The notes: generated by a model not told the origin, from the sequence alone. Counted from the stretch's first letter, positions 14,001-25,622 are shown. The stretch: 64,000 bases of DNA from Macrostomum hystrix (GCA_950097015.1 CATNEN010000029.1:4464001-4528000); one strand, 5' to 3'. Made by a program: numbers and translations.

Positions 14001-14964
14001 CGCCGATTTCGCCAGCTTCTGCCGGGGCCTCGGCTGGTCGCCGGCCAATCTACCCGGCAACGTGGCCTACTGGTCGGACGCTGTGGCCGAGGTTGTGTTT
14101 CACCGTCCCGCAGGACGGCCGCTGGACCAAAGCCAGCCGGTTCTAGTCTGGCTGGAGGACGCCGAGGACAGGGTCGCTTTCCCCACCGAGGCGCTGTGTC
14201 CGCGTGCTGATCCTCTAGTGTTTTTGGCGTGCAGCGATCGGCTGTTGAAGGTTTCTGCTTCTCCTTGTCTCTTATTGGCTGGTCTAGCAATCCACTCGAT
14301 ACCTTCGTCTCATTTTAGCTGGTATAGCAATCCACTCGATACCTTCGTCTCATTTTAGCTGGTCTAGCAATCCACTCGATACCTTCGTCTCATATTGGCT
14401 GGTCTAGCAATCCACTCGATAAGCAATCAGCAATCGTCTAGCAATCAATCCGTCTCTCATAGGCTAGTCTAGCAATCCACTTGATCTCTTCGCTTCTTAT
14501 TGGCTAGTTTAGCAATCCACTCGACATATTCGTCTCATATTGGCTGGTTTAGCAATCCATTCGATCTCTTCGACTCTCATAGGCTAGTCTAGCAATCCAT
14601 CCATCTCCCTTACACTGGCCCGAACCCTCAGGTGTTGGAAGTGTCCATGGGTCCGAAGTCCAACTGGAAGGCTGCGGCTCCGTCAGATTTCGCTCCGCCG
14701 CTGCTGAAAGGCCTGGTTGTGCCGCTTCGCACGGCGCCCTGCCTGGCCCGCCAGGCCATCCTAAACTGGTCGGCCAGGCGCCGGTTGCACGCGGCGCCAG
14801 GCCCCGGCCACGGCGAGCCGTTTCCGCACGCTATTCGTCAGCGAAAGATTCAAGAGATTCTACGCAGCGGCGAGTCTGTCAAAGGCGACTCCCTGCTGCT
14901 GATGCTGATGCGGGCGCCCGACTCCGCGGCTGAGCGCGGCGCTGCCTCCCTTAGACTAGAATAA
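5085..14964 (+). CDS. RALGAPB: Ral GTPase-activating protein subunit beta, 9 coding exons, ~1287 aa
   Basis: join(5085-5889, 8787-9468, 9680-9836, 9911-10301, 10429-10577, 11633-12087, 12603-12991, 13748-14250, 14632-14964). All introns are GT-AG with compatible phases; total 3864 nt, divisible by 3. Family motifs recognised: N-terminal MYESW..SVLHAFPPEVGRQVA..VV, WLLAC..FPRPPLWK...GWRHH, EYKQGRAEACG.LCR.F, IVELGLSGSKS, GAFPPPLGP, CRPPP.AKEFQPARL.L..LG, and C-terminal PH..R..KIQEI. Exon 3 end/exon 4 start and exon 5 start are the least certain boundaries. Confidence 0.93.
6778..7085 (+). mobile_element. tRNA-derived SINE, older copy (RALGAPB intron 1)
   Basis: Colinear with the copies at 33214-33553 and 56157-56518 (tttgcctctcgcaccaagg...cacattcatttggggcgcagccgc...gtgtacactgcctgac...gctggctgcgggtctagtgtc). 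A box is degraded, B box is mutated to GCTCGATTCC, and the (ATT)n tail is lost. Confidence 0.8.
8030..8627 (+). repeat. Minisatellite, 15-16 bp unit TCTCATCTCTCCCCTG (RALGAPB intron 1)
   Basis: Direct inspection; source of the spurious SHLSPV ORFs 8019..8699 and 8407..8637. Confidence 0.95.
12093..12505 (+). repeat. Minisatellite, 16-bp unit grading into a 31-bp unit ATCTCTCCAGTGTCTTATCATCCAGTTTCTC (RALGAPB intron 6)
   Basis: Starts ~5 nt after the donor at 12088; period 31 measured between 12181 and 12212. Confidence 0.95.
13033..13443 (+). repeat. Minisatellite, 16-bp unit TCTCATCTCTCCCGTG (RALGAPB intron 7)
   Basis: Period 16 measured at 13081/13097/13113; same family as the arrays in introns 1 and 6. 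Confidence 0.95.
14272..14605 (+). repeat. Degenerate minisatellite, 40-bp unit (tggctggtctagcaatccactcgataccttcgtctcatat) (RALGAPB intron 8)
   Basis: GCAATCC recurs at 14287 and 14327; about 8 diverged units fill most of the intron. Confidence 0.85.
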
Positions 14965-15638
14965 TCGGTTGTTTTGATATCTAAAATTCAAATTCGCGCA
15001 AAAAATGTCTCTTTTTTTCCGGATATCCATAAGTTAAACGAAAAATAACATTTTAATTTTCTTACTAAATATCCAGGATTATAAAAGTGAAAACTCTGTC
15101 TGTCTGTCTGTCTGTGTGTGTGTGTGTGTGTGTGTGTGCAACCTTTTGTCTTTATAGACGCCGAAACCGCTGAACCAAATCGCACCAAACTTTGCACATA
15201 CCTTAAACCACCTACGCTGAGTGCAATAGGCTACTCAAATTCCCGAAAAATCATTTCCTTCCTGCTCAAAAGTGCAAAAAACTGCTCAAAAATCGTCAAA
15301 AAATCACTCAATTCGACATATCGTCGCCCCACTTTGTCAGATTTTCTCCAAATTTGATCCACTTACACTTTACATGTTTTCCAACAATGCTGTCAATTTT
15401 GAACATCTCTACTCAATCCAGAGCAAAGCTGCATCATCTCAAAGTGAGTCACTTTTTGTTTTCCGAGGACAGCCACCCCAACTCCCCTTCGCCACTCTGC
15501 GGGCCAAATTTTATTACAGCCACCCCCTCCCTTCCCCGGGCGCCGAAGCCCCAGACTGTACATTGTATTTCAAGCCGTGAATGTACACAGCCCAAACCCC
15601 TAGACTGTCTACTGGCCCCCAAGCAGCACTGAGACTGA

Positions 15639-16688
15639 GTGCGGTGGCGTCCCAGTGCGCAGGGCTCTCCGGTCGATATTTCTCTCCAGCCAGCCTGGGA
15701 TAGAAGAAAGAGAGAGGCTGGCGATCAACTGATGGGTGGTGTCACTCTGCTGCTGTCTGGAGACTTTAGACAGACGCTGCCTGTGATTCCGCGTGGCACT
15801 CCTGCTGATGAGATTAATGCTTGCCTAAAATCATCTCACCTGTGGCCATCGGTTGTGAAGTTGCACCTACGAACGAACATGAGAGCTACAATTCAAGGAG
15901 ACGAAACAGCTCATGAGTTCTCTGCCAATCTATTGCGAATCGGCAATGGTCTGCTGGAGATTAGCACCGAGGATGGGCAGTCATCGATCGCTACAATCGG
16001 AAACATTGTGCAGTCAGTGCAGGAGCTCAAGGCAAAAGTTTACCCGAACCTGATGGTTCGATATGCTGACGTTGACTGGCTGTCAGAGAGGGCAATTCTG
16101 TGTCCTAGAAATGATGCCGCCAACGAAATTAACTACCAACTGCTTCAGGAGTTGCCAGGTGCAGTTTTCACCTACAAGTCAATTGATACAACGTTGACTG
16201 ATGACACCGCTGTGGAGTATCCTGTTGAGTTTCTGAACTCTCTAGATCCTCCTGGAACTCCATCGCACAACTTGCAGCTGAAAGTTGGGGCACCAATTAT
16301 GCTCCTCCGCAACCTGAATGCGCCAAGGCTGTGTAACGGCACCAGACTGATAGTCAGGCGGCTCTTCCCACACGTGATTGAGGCCACGATAATGACTGGA
16401 TCTGGCAGAGGAGAGTCTGTGTTCGTTCCCCGGATTCCAATTATCCCCACGGACCTGCCATTTCAGTTCAAGCGACTGCAGTTCCCTGTGAGAGTGTGCT
16501 TTGCGATGACTATTAACAAGGCTCAGGGACAGTCGCTGAAGGTGGCTGGCATCAACCTGGAGACTCCTTGCTTCTCGCATGGGCAGCTTTATGTCGCCTG
16601 CTCCCGTGTTGGAACTCCAGCTGGCCTATTCATTTTCGCACCAAGGGGAAGAACGAAGAATGTGGTGTATCCCCAGGCCTTGAGGTGA
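15639..16688 (+). CDS. Helitron Pif1-family DNA helicase, C-terminal fragment (5'-truncated)
   Basis: LMGGVTLLLSGDFRQTLPVIPRGT, RAILCPRND, LKVGAPIMLLRNL..PRLCNGTRL, RLQFPVRVCFAMTINKAQGQSL, FSHGQLYVACSRV are the Helitron helicase motifs III-VI. Homology starts near 15725; Walker A and B are absent; no stops or frameshifts in the remaining part. Confidence 0.9.
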   Translation: MRWRPSAQGSPVDISLQPAWDRRKREAGDQLMGGVTLLLSGDFRQTLPVIPRGTPADEINACLKSSHLWPSVVKLHLRTNMRATIQGDETAHEFSANLLRIGNGLLEISTEDGQSSIATIGNIVQSVQELKAKVYPNLMVRYADVDWLSERAILCPRNDAANEINYQLLQELPGAVFTYKSIDTTLTDDTAVEYPVEFLNSLDPPGTPSHNLQLKVGAPIMLLRNLNAPRLCNGTRLIVRRLFPHVIEATIMTGSGRGESVFVPRIPIIPTDLPFQFKRLQFPVRVCFAMTINKAQGQSLKVAGINLETPCFSHGQLYVACSRVGTPAGLFIFAPRGRTKNVVYPQALR

Positions 16689-16840
16689 CTCGCAAGCAAT
16701 TAATAGAAAAGTAGTCACGAATTGACCTTGACCTGTCTAACTCTGAACTCTGAAACAGTTTAATTTTGTTTCTTTGACATTGTTATTGTTATGCCATGGC
16801 TATTTTCCTTATGTATACGCGTGTACATGCATACTGTATA

Positions 16841-17115
16841 CAGAGGCAGATTTAGGGGGGGGCGGGGGGCAGTCCCCCCCCCCAAATTTTAATCATGGGA
16901 ATAAGATGCCGCCCCACCAGGGGCGCCAGTCGCAGCACTGGCGCCCCTTTTCGGCCGCTGGCGCCCCTTTTTCAGCCGCTGGCTCCCGTTTTTCAGCCGC
17001 TGGCGCCCTTTCTTGGCTCCTGGCGCCCTTTTTCGGCTGCTGGCACCCCCTCTGTGATTCTCATGGCGCTCCCCTGACAGACCGCCCCAAAACAAAATTC
17101 CTGGATCTGCCACTG
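16841..17115. mobile_element. hAT-type MITE, 275 bp, nested in the Helitron 3' region
   Basis: Imperfect TIRs CAGAGGCAGATTTAGG / CCTGGATCTGCCACTG; exact 8-bp TSD ACTGTATA at 16833-16840 and 17116-17123; internal ~20-bp GC-rich subrepeats (gccgctggcgccccttttt). Confidence 0.9.
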
Positions 17116-18460
17116 ACTGTATAGAGGAGTGGCTAAGAGACATGTTTCTAAAGAAGTAATCAAGAGGGTGCTGTTTGGATAAACTTTTCACTTATTTTTT
17201 ACTTAAAACGCCCTTAAACAAACTCTTCACTTTTCATTAATGCAGTAAATAAATAAATGGTGACCTTCACTATAAAGTTAATACAGAGACGTGAATTGCT
17301 TACTGCTTTGCTTTAAATTTCTGCCCCAAAAACAACGGGCAAAAAAAGCTAGTCCAGGATTATAAGTAGGACTACCAAGCCATTTTGCCACTCGTTTTTA
17401 ATGCAAATTCCCCCTAAAATAATTGGCAGCGCTTGAATGCTAACAGCGTTGGGTGGTGACTGATTGGTTGACAGACTAGGCGATGGTGTCCTGTGGTTGA
17501 GCTGCGCCTAATATTTAAGTTTGAGCAGTGAAATTGGAAAAATTCTCGTCAGGGTGTCCATAGTGCCCTAGTTCCACCTGTTTTAGCTCTTGAAGGTTTA
17601 GCGAATCCGTCTAGATAAAGGGTAGGTGACCACAGAAGACGGAGATGATGCAGGCACATTCGGGTGACATGCTCATAAATTTTCAAGGCCTGTCAAGGCC
17701 GCGCTGAGGCGCAGTGCTAATTAGTGTATAGGGGTGTATGAGATACACAAGCGATTTTGGGAAAAATCTGACCTTCGGCCTGAACCATTGAATATCTCGA
17801 CGGTCCGAAGAGCTGGCGACTTGATTCTTATTTCAGAAGATGCGCAACAAAAAGTTGGCCCGTGTTCTTGAGTTTCGTGTTCTTGACTCACATTGCTCCG
17901 TTCTGGTGCAGCCTATGAATTGTCAAGGGGATTTCTGTATTAAAAATAGTATAGATTTGTTAAAAATCGTTGATATTAATTTTGGCGCGAATTTAAAATC
18001 CAATTATTCTTGTCTAAACACGGCAATTTAGTTAGGCTTATAAATTTGGGCTGGAAATGTTACTCCTGCATTCCTCTTGTTGCATGTTGCTCATAATATG
18101 TATTATAGAATTATGACTCAGGATTGAAACTAGAACTTTGTTTATTATGCGATATTAGAGTTGAAAAAAGCAAAAGTAAAAACACAGTTTGTTAGTTGGA
18201 CTGTCTTATAGAAATCTAATATTTATTCGGGCGTAGTGCTTGAGTCCTGTACTCAATATTCACTCAATCAATTGTTCGCTAATATCTCGGCTGTATCTCA
18301 TAAGTGCTTTAGTATTTAATTTTGCATCATATGCCATGTCCTGAAAATCCTGAAATATTTATTTTCCTTTAAAAATACTTTAGTTAATTTATATCACGCC
18401 AGAGCTTTACTATTCTAAGTTAAATCGTTTGCGATATAAGCAAAGTAACGAAAGCAAATC

Positions 18461-19206
18461 CGCCCAAGAAACTGCCCAGATCTTATCAGTTTCCTGAGCT
18501 TTTATATATTCGGAATCCGCCCAAGAAACTGCCGAGATCTCATCTGTTTCCGGAGCTTTTATATATTCGGAATCTGCCCAAGAAACTGCTGAGATCTTAT
18601 CTGTTTCCGGAGCTTTTATATATTCGGAATCCGCCCAAGAAACTGCCGAGATCTCATCTGTTTCCGGAGCTTTTATATATTCGGAATCCGCCCAAGAAAC
18701 TGCTGAGATCTTATCTGTTTCCGGAGCTTTTATATATTCGGAATCTGCCCAAGAAACTGCTGAGATCTTATCTGTTTCCGGAGCTTTTATATATTCGGAA
18801 TCCGCCCAAGAAACTGCCGAGATCTCATCTGTTTCCGGAGCTTTTATATATTCGGAATCTGCCCAAGAAACTGCTGAGATCTTATCTGTTTCCGGAGCTT
18901 TTATATATTCGGAATCCGCCCAAGAAACTGCCGAGATCTCATCTGTTTCCGGAGCTTTTATATATTCGGAATCCGCCCAAGAAACTGCCGAGATCTCATC
19001 TGTTTCCGGAGCTTTTATATATTCGGAATCCGCCCAAGAAACTGCTGAGATCTTATCTGTTTCCGGAGCTTTTATATATTCGGAATCCGCCCAAGAAACT
19101 GCCGAGATCTCATCTGTTTCCGGAGCTTTTATATATTCGGAATCCGCCCAAGAAACTGCTGAGATCTTATCTGTTTCCGGAGCTTTTATATATTCGGAAT
19201 CCGCCC
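18461..19206 (+). repeat. Tandem repeat, 57-bp unit GGAATCCGCCCAAGAAACTGCCGAGATCTCATCTGTTTCCGGAGCTTTTATATATTC, ~13 copies
   Basis: Period 57 measured between 18512 and 18569; near-identical units with two or three variant sites. Confidence 0.97.
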
Positions 19207-19785
19207 CAACGATTAGACAAGTGTGGGATCTTTCCTAAATTTAAATTATTATTATTTTATCTATAAAGAAATTATGTATCGCGTGCAATAGTAACGCATT
19301 ATTTAAATATTTTTTCTGTACTTTGGTGTATTACGTAATATTGGAACTGTTATCTCTCTGTCTCAAATATCTCAAGTATCGAGTAGCTAGAACCTTGTTT
19401 CGGTCATTCCAATTCTGACCCGTAATTAAATAGCTATAGCTACTAATACTACTAACACGAGTAGCTGAGTATGCACTAACAAATATTCTTTTTATCTATT
19501 CGTCTAATGCGAAATACAACTACGCGGATTGTTAAACTGCACAGATTAAAATTGGTATTTTTTTTAACTGCCATTTGTGATTATGAAGCTTTTTCACTAC
19601 TTCGAAATGTGAAACTGGACTGGAACTCTTTGAATGTTGAAACAATTTTCTTTTTTCTTTATTTCGTCAGTCACGAATGTACTCTTCTCAATGCGCGAGA
19701 TAGTATAATTAATTCATTCAAAGCAAAGAATCGGAATTTCTAAAATAATTCAAATCCTGAGCTGTGGGTGTCAATTTGACATTGC

Positions 19786-20410
19786 CATTAGCTTCAGGTG
19801 TTAAGTTGACGATATTCATTAGCTTCAGGTGTTAAGTTGACGATATTCATTAGCTTCAGGTGTTAAGTTGACGATATCCATTAGCTTCAGGTGTTAAGTT
19901 GACGATATTCATTAGCTTCAGGTGTTAAGTTGACGATATTCATTAGCTTCAGGTTTCAAGTTGACGATATCCATTAGCTTCAGGTTTCAAGTTGACGATA
20001 TTCATTAGCTTCAGGTTTCAAGTTGACGATATCCATTAGCTTCAGGTTTCAAGTTGACGATATCCATTAGCTTCAGGTTTCAAGTTGACGATATCCATTA
20101 GCTTCAGGTTTCAAGTTGACGATATCCATTAGCTTCAGGTTTCAAGTTGACGATATCCATTAGCTTCAGGTTTCAAGTTGACGATATCCATTAGCTTCAG
20201 GTTTCAAGTTGACGATATCCATTAGCTTCAGGTTTCAAGTTGACGATATCCATTAGCTTCAGGTTTCAAGTTGACGATATCCATTAGCTTCAGGTTTCAA
20301 GTTGACGATATCCATTAGCTTCAGGTTTCAAGTTGACGATATCCATTAGCTTCAGGTTTCAAGTTGACGATATTCATTAGCTTCAGGTTTCAAGTTGACG
20401 ATATTCATTA
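19786..20410 (+). repeat. Tandem repeat, 31-bp unit CATTAGCTTCAGGT(G/T)T(T/C)AAGTTGACGATAT(T/C), ~20 copies
   Basis: Period 31 (19786/19817); the first ~4 units are the GTGTTAAG variant and the rest GTTTCAAG. Confidence 0.97.
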
Positions 20411-20852
20411 TCTATTTATTATTTATCATTTACTATTTTTATAACCAAAAGACTATATACTATCTATTAGCGGACTAATTAAATGCCAATAAAACTCAAT
20501 CCATGATTTAATTCTATCGATGCCATACTCTAACACCTGTCTGGATCCTTTCAAGCACTTCCTGATACAGGGGATGAGGGGACACTGAGAGTTTTAAAAA
20601 TCCTCACTGGAAGCTTCGAAAATGGCTTATTGTTTTCGCCCTTACAGTTTTGCACCAAATTTGGCCATCTGCATTAAAGGTGTTGCGCACAGGTGTAGAC
20701 CCTCGCGCTGTTGTCAAGTGGCTGGCGGCGTTCTTGTTTAAAGCCGCCCAGTCCTGATAATGAAACAGTATCTGCGGCTCGCAGAGATATATAATCCAGG
20801 AACTGAAATTCGAGAATTCCGGGTTTTGACGCCTGTATTCTGTTTTTAGATA

Positions 20853-23800
20853 CTATTCCCAGATCCTCAGATTGTGTCAGCTTCATTCCCAGATCCTCAG
20901 ATTGTGTCAGCTTCATTCCCAGATCCTCAGATTGTGTCTGCTTCATTCCCAGATCCTCAGATTGTGTCTGCTTCATTCCCAGATCCTCAGATTGTGTCTG
21001 CTTCATTCCCAGATCCTCAGATTGTGTCAGCTTCATTCCCAGATCCTCAGATTGTGTCTGCTTCATTCCCAGATCCTCACCATTGTGTCTGCTTCCTTCC
21101 CAGATCCTCAGATTGTGTCAGCTTCATTCCCAGATCCTCAGATTGTGTCTGCTTCATTCCCAGATCCTCAGATTGTGTCAGCTTCATTCCCAGATCCTCA
21201 GATTGTGTCTGCTTCATTCCCAGATCCTCAGATTGTGTCAGCTTCATTCCCAGATCCTCAGATTGTGTCAGCTTCATTCCCAGATCCTCAGATTGTGTCT
21301 GCTTCATTCCCAGATCCTCAGATTGTGTCTGCTTCATTCCCAGGTCCTCAGATTGTGTTTGCTTCATTCCCAGATCCTCAGATTGTGTCTGCTTCATTCC
21401 CAGATCCTCAGATTGTGTCAGCTTCATTCCCAGATCCTCAGATTGTGTCTGCTTCATTCCCAGATCCTCAGATTGTGTCTGCTTCATTCCCAGATCCTCA
21501 GATTGTGTCTGCTTCATTCCCAGATCCTCAGATTGTGTCTGCTTCATTCCCAGATCCTCAGATTGTGTCAGCTTCATTCCCAGATCCTCAGATTGTGTCT
21601 GCTTCATTCCCAGATCCTCAGATTGTGTCTGCTTCATTCCCAGATCCTCAGATTGTCTGCTTCATTCCCAGATCCTCAGATTGTGTCTGCTTCATTCCCA
21701 GATCCTCAGATTGTGTCTGCTTCATTCCCAGATCCTCAGATTGTGTCTGCTTCATTCCCAGATCCTCAGATTGTGTCAGCTTCATTCCCAGATCCTCAGA
21801 TTGTGTCTGCTTCATTCCCAGATCCTCAGATTGTGTCAGCTTCATTCCCAGATCCTCAGATTGTGTCAGCTTCATTCCCAGATCGTCAGATTGTGTCTGC
21901 TTCATTCCCAGATCGTCAGATTGTGTCTGCTTCATTCCGAGATCCTCAGATTGTGTCTGCTTCATTCCCAGATCCACAGATTGTGTCTGCTTCATTCCCA
22001 GATCCTCAGATTGTGTCAGCTTCATTCCCAGATCCTCAGATTGTGTCAGCTTCATTCCCAGATCCTCAGATTGTGTCTGCTTCATTCCCAGATCCTCAGA
22101 TTGTGTCTGCTTCATTCCCAGATCCTCAGATTGTGTCTGCTTCATTCCCAGATCCTCAGATTGTGTCAGCTTCATTCCAGATCCTCAGATTGTGTCTGCT
22201 TCATTCCCAGATCCTCAGATTGTGTCTGCTTCATTCCCAGATCCTCAGATTGTCTGCTTCATTCCCAGATCCTCAGATTGTGTCTGCTTCATTCCCAGAT
22301 CCTCAGATTGTGTCTGCTTCATTCCCAGATCTTCAGATTGTCTGCTTCATTCCCAGATCCTCAGATTGTGTCTGCTTCATTCCGAGATCCTCAGATTGTG
22401 TCTGCTTCATTCCCAGATTCCTCAGATTGTGTTTGCTTCATTCCCAGATCCTCAGATTGTGTTTGCTTCATTCCGAGATCCTCAGATTGTGTCTGCTTCA
22501 TTCCCAGATCCTCAGATTGTGTCTGCTTCATTCCCAGATCGTCAGATTGTGTCTGCTTCATTCCCAGATCCTCAGATTGTGTCTGCTTCATTCCCAGATC
22601 CTCAGATTGTGTCAGCTTCATTCCAGATCCTCAGATTGTGTCTGCTTCATTCCCAGATCCTCAGATTGTGTCTGCTTCATTCCCAGATCCTCAGATTGTC
22701 CTGCTTCATTCCCAGATCCTCAGATTGTGTCTGCTTCATTCCCAGATCCTCAGATTGTGTCTGCTTCATTCCAGATCCTCAGATTGTGTCTGCTTCATTC
22801 CCAGATCCTCAGATTGTGTCAGCTTCATTCCCAGATCCTCAGATTGTGTCTGCTTCATTCCCAGATCCTCAGATTGTGTCAGCTTCATTCCCAGATCCTC
22901 AGATTGTGTCAGCTTCATTCCAGATCGTCAGATTGTGTCTGCTTCATTCCCAGATCGTCAGATTGTGTCTGCTTCATTCCGAGATCCTCAGATTGTGTCT
23001 GCTTCATTCCCAGATCCTCAGATTGTGTCTGCTTCATTCCCAGATCCTCAGATTGTGTCAGCTTCATTCCCAGATCCTCAGATTGTGTCAGCTTCATTCC
23101 CAGATCCTCAGATTGTGTCTGCTTCATTCCCAGATCCTCAGATTGTGTCTGCTTCATTCCCAGATCCTCAGATTGTGTCTGCTTCATTCCCAGATCCTCA
23201 GATTGTGTCAGCTTCATTCCCAGATCCTCAGATTGTGTCTGCTTCATTCCCAGATCCTCAGATTGTGTCTGCTTCATTCCCAGATCCTCAGATTGTCTGC
23301 TTCATTCCCAGATCCTCAGATTGTGTCTGCTTCATTCCCAGATCCTCAGATTGTGTCTGCTTCATTCCCAGATCTTCAGATTGTCTGCTTCATTCCCAGA
23401 TCCTCAGATTGTGTCTGCTTCATTCCGAGATCCTCAGATTGTGTCTGCTTCATTCCCAGATCCTCAGATTGTGTCTGCTTCATTCCCAGATCCTCAGATT
23501 GTGTCAGCTTCATTCCCAGATCCTCAGATTGTGTCTGCTTCATTCCCAGATCCTCAGATTGTGTCTGCTTCATTCCCAGATCCTCAGATTGTCTGCTTCA
23601 TTCCCAGATCCTCAGATTGTGTCTGCTTCATTCCCAGATCCTCAGATTGTGTCTGCTTCATTCCCAGATCCTCAGATTGTGTCTGCTTCATTCCCAGATC
23701 CTCAGATTGTGTTTGCTTCATTCCCAGATCCTCAGATTGTGTTTGCTTCATTCCGAGATCCTCAGATTGTGTCTGCTTCATTCCCAGATCCTCAGATTGT

Positions 23801-25622
23801 GTCTGCTTCATTCCCAGATCGTCAGATTGTGTCTGCTTCATTCCCAGATCGTCAGATTGTGTCTGCTTCATTCCGAGATCCTCAGATTGTGTCTGCTTCA
23901 TTCCCAGATCGTCAGATTGTGTCTGCTTCATTCCCAGATCCTCAGATTGTGTTTGCTTCATTCCCAGATCCTCAGATTGTGTCTGCTTCATTCCGAGATC
24001 CTCAGATTGTGTCTGCTTCATTCCGAGATCCTCAGATTGTGTCTGCTTCATTCCCAGATCCTCAGATTGTGTTTGCTTCATTCCCAGATCCTCAGATTGT
24101 GTTTGCTTCATTCCGAGATCCTCAGATTGTGTCTGCTTCATTCCGAGATCCTCAGATTGTGTCTGCTTCATTCCCAGATCGTCAGATTGTGTCTGCTTCA
24201 TTCCCAGATCGTCAGATTGTGTCTGCTTCATTCCGAGATCCTCAGATTGTGTCTGCTTCATTCCGAGATCCTCAGATTGTGTCTGCTTCATTCCCAGATC
24301 GTCAGATTGTGTCTGCTTCATTCCCAGATCGTCAGATTGTGTCTGCTTCATTCCCAGATCGTCAGATTGTGTCTGCTTCATTCCCAGATCGTCAGATTGT
24401 GTTTGCTTCATTCCGAGATCCTCAGATTGTGTCTGCTTCATTCCGAGATCCTCAGATTGTGTCTGCTTCATTCCCAGATCGTCAGATTGTGTCTGCTTCA
24501 TTCCCAGATCGTCAGATTGTGTCTGCTTCATTCCGAGATCCTCAGATTGTGTCTGCTTCATTCCCAGATCCTCAGATTGTGTCTGCTTCATTCCCAGATC
24601 CTCAGATTGTGTCTGCTTCATTCCGAGATCCTCAGATTGTGTTTGCTTCATTCCCAGATCCTCAGATTGTGTTTGCTTCATTCCGAGATCCTCAGATTGT
24701 GTCTGCTTCATTCCGAGATCCTCAGATTGTGTCTGCTTCATTCCCAGATCCTCAGATTGTGTTTGCTTCATTCCCAGATCCTCAGATTGTGTTTGCTTCA
24801 TTCCGAGATCCTCAGATTGTGTTTGCTTCATTCCCAGATCCTCAGATTGTGTCTGCTTCATTCCCAGATCCTCAGATTGTGTTTGCTTCATTCCCAGATC
24901 CTCAGATTGTGTCTGCTTCATTCCGAGATCCTCAGATTGTGTCTGCTTCATTCCCAGATCCTCAGATTGTGTTTGCTTCATTCCCAGATCCTCAGATTGT
25001 GTTTGCTTCATTCCGAGATCCTCAGATTATGTCTGCTTCATTCCGAGATCCTCAGATTGTGTCTGCTTCATTCCCAGATCGTCAGATTGTGTCTGCTTCA
25101 TTCCCAGATCGTCAGATTGTGTCTGCTTCATTCCGAGATCCTCAGATTGTGTCTGCTTCATTCCCAGATCCTCAGATTGTGTCTGCATCATTCCCAGATC
25201 CTCAGATTGTGTCAGCTTCATTCCCAGATCCTCAGATTGTGTTTGCTTCATTCCCAGATCCTCAGATTGTGTCTGCTTCATTCCGAGATCCTCAGATTGT
25301 GTCTGCTTCATTCCGAGATCCTCAGATTGTGTCTGCTTCATTCCCAGATCCTCAGATTGTGTCTGCTTTATTCCCAGATCCTCAGATTGTGTCTGCTTCA
25401 TTCCCAGATCTTCAGATTGTGTTTGCTTCATTCCCAGATCCTCAGATTGTGTCTGCTTCATTCCGAGATCCTCAGATTGTGTCTGCTTCATTCCGAGATC
25501 CTCAGATTGTGTCTGCTTCATTCCCAGATCCTCAGATTGTGTCTGCTTCATTCCCAGATCCTCAGATTGTGTCTGCTTCATTCCCAGATCCTCAGATTGT
25601 GTCTGCTTCATTCCCAGATCCC
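20853..25622 (+). repeat. Large minisatellite, 30-bp unit TTCCCAGATCCTCAGATTGTGTCTGCTTCA, ~159 copies (intergenic)
   Basis: The 10-aa periodicity in the ~1500-1600 aa ORFs (CLLHSQILRL, SASFPDPQIV, VCFIPRSSDC, MKQTQSEDLG) reflects a stop-free 30-mer. Confidence 0.99.

Larger units (their letters stand above)
15072..17352 (+). mobile_element. Helitron, internally deleted (non-autonomous), 2281 bp
   Basis: 5' A|TC start (TCCAGGATTATAAAAGTGAAAAC) followed by a (TCTG)n(TG)n microsatellite and a gccgaaaccgctgaaccaaatc motif typical of Helitron 5' regions. Internal Pif1 helicase ORF. 3' hairpin TGCCC(17322-17326)/GGGCA(17337-17341), then CTAG (17349-17352)|T. No Rep/HUH domain seen. Confidence 0.8.

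Noticed and set aside
18461-20410. CRISPR-like appearance of the 57-bp and 31-bp arrays (and other arrays)
   Set aside because: Units are contiguous with no unique spacers, there are no cas genes, and the context is eukaryotic.
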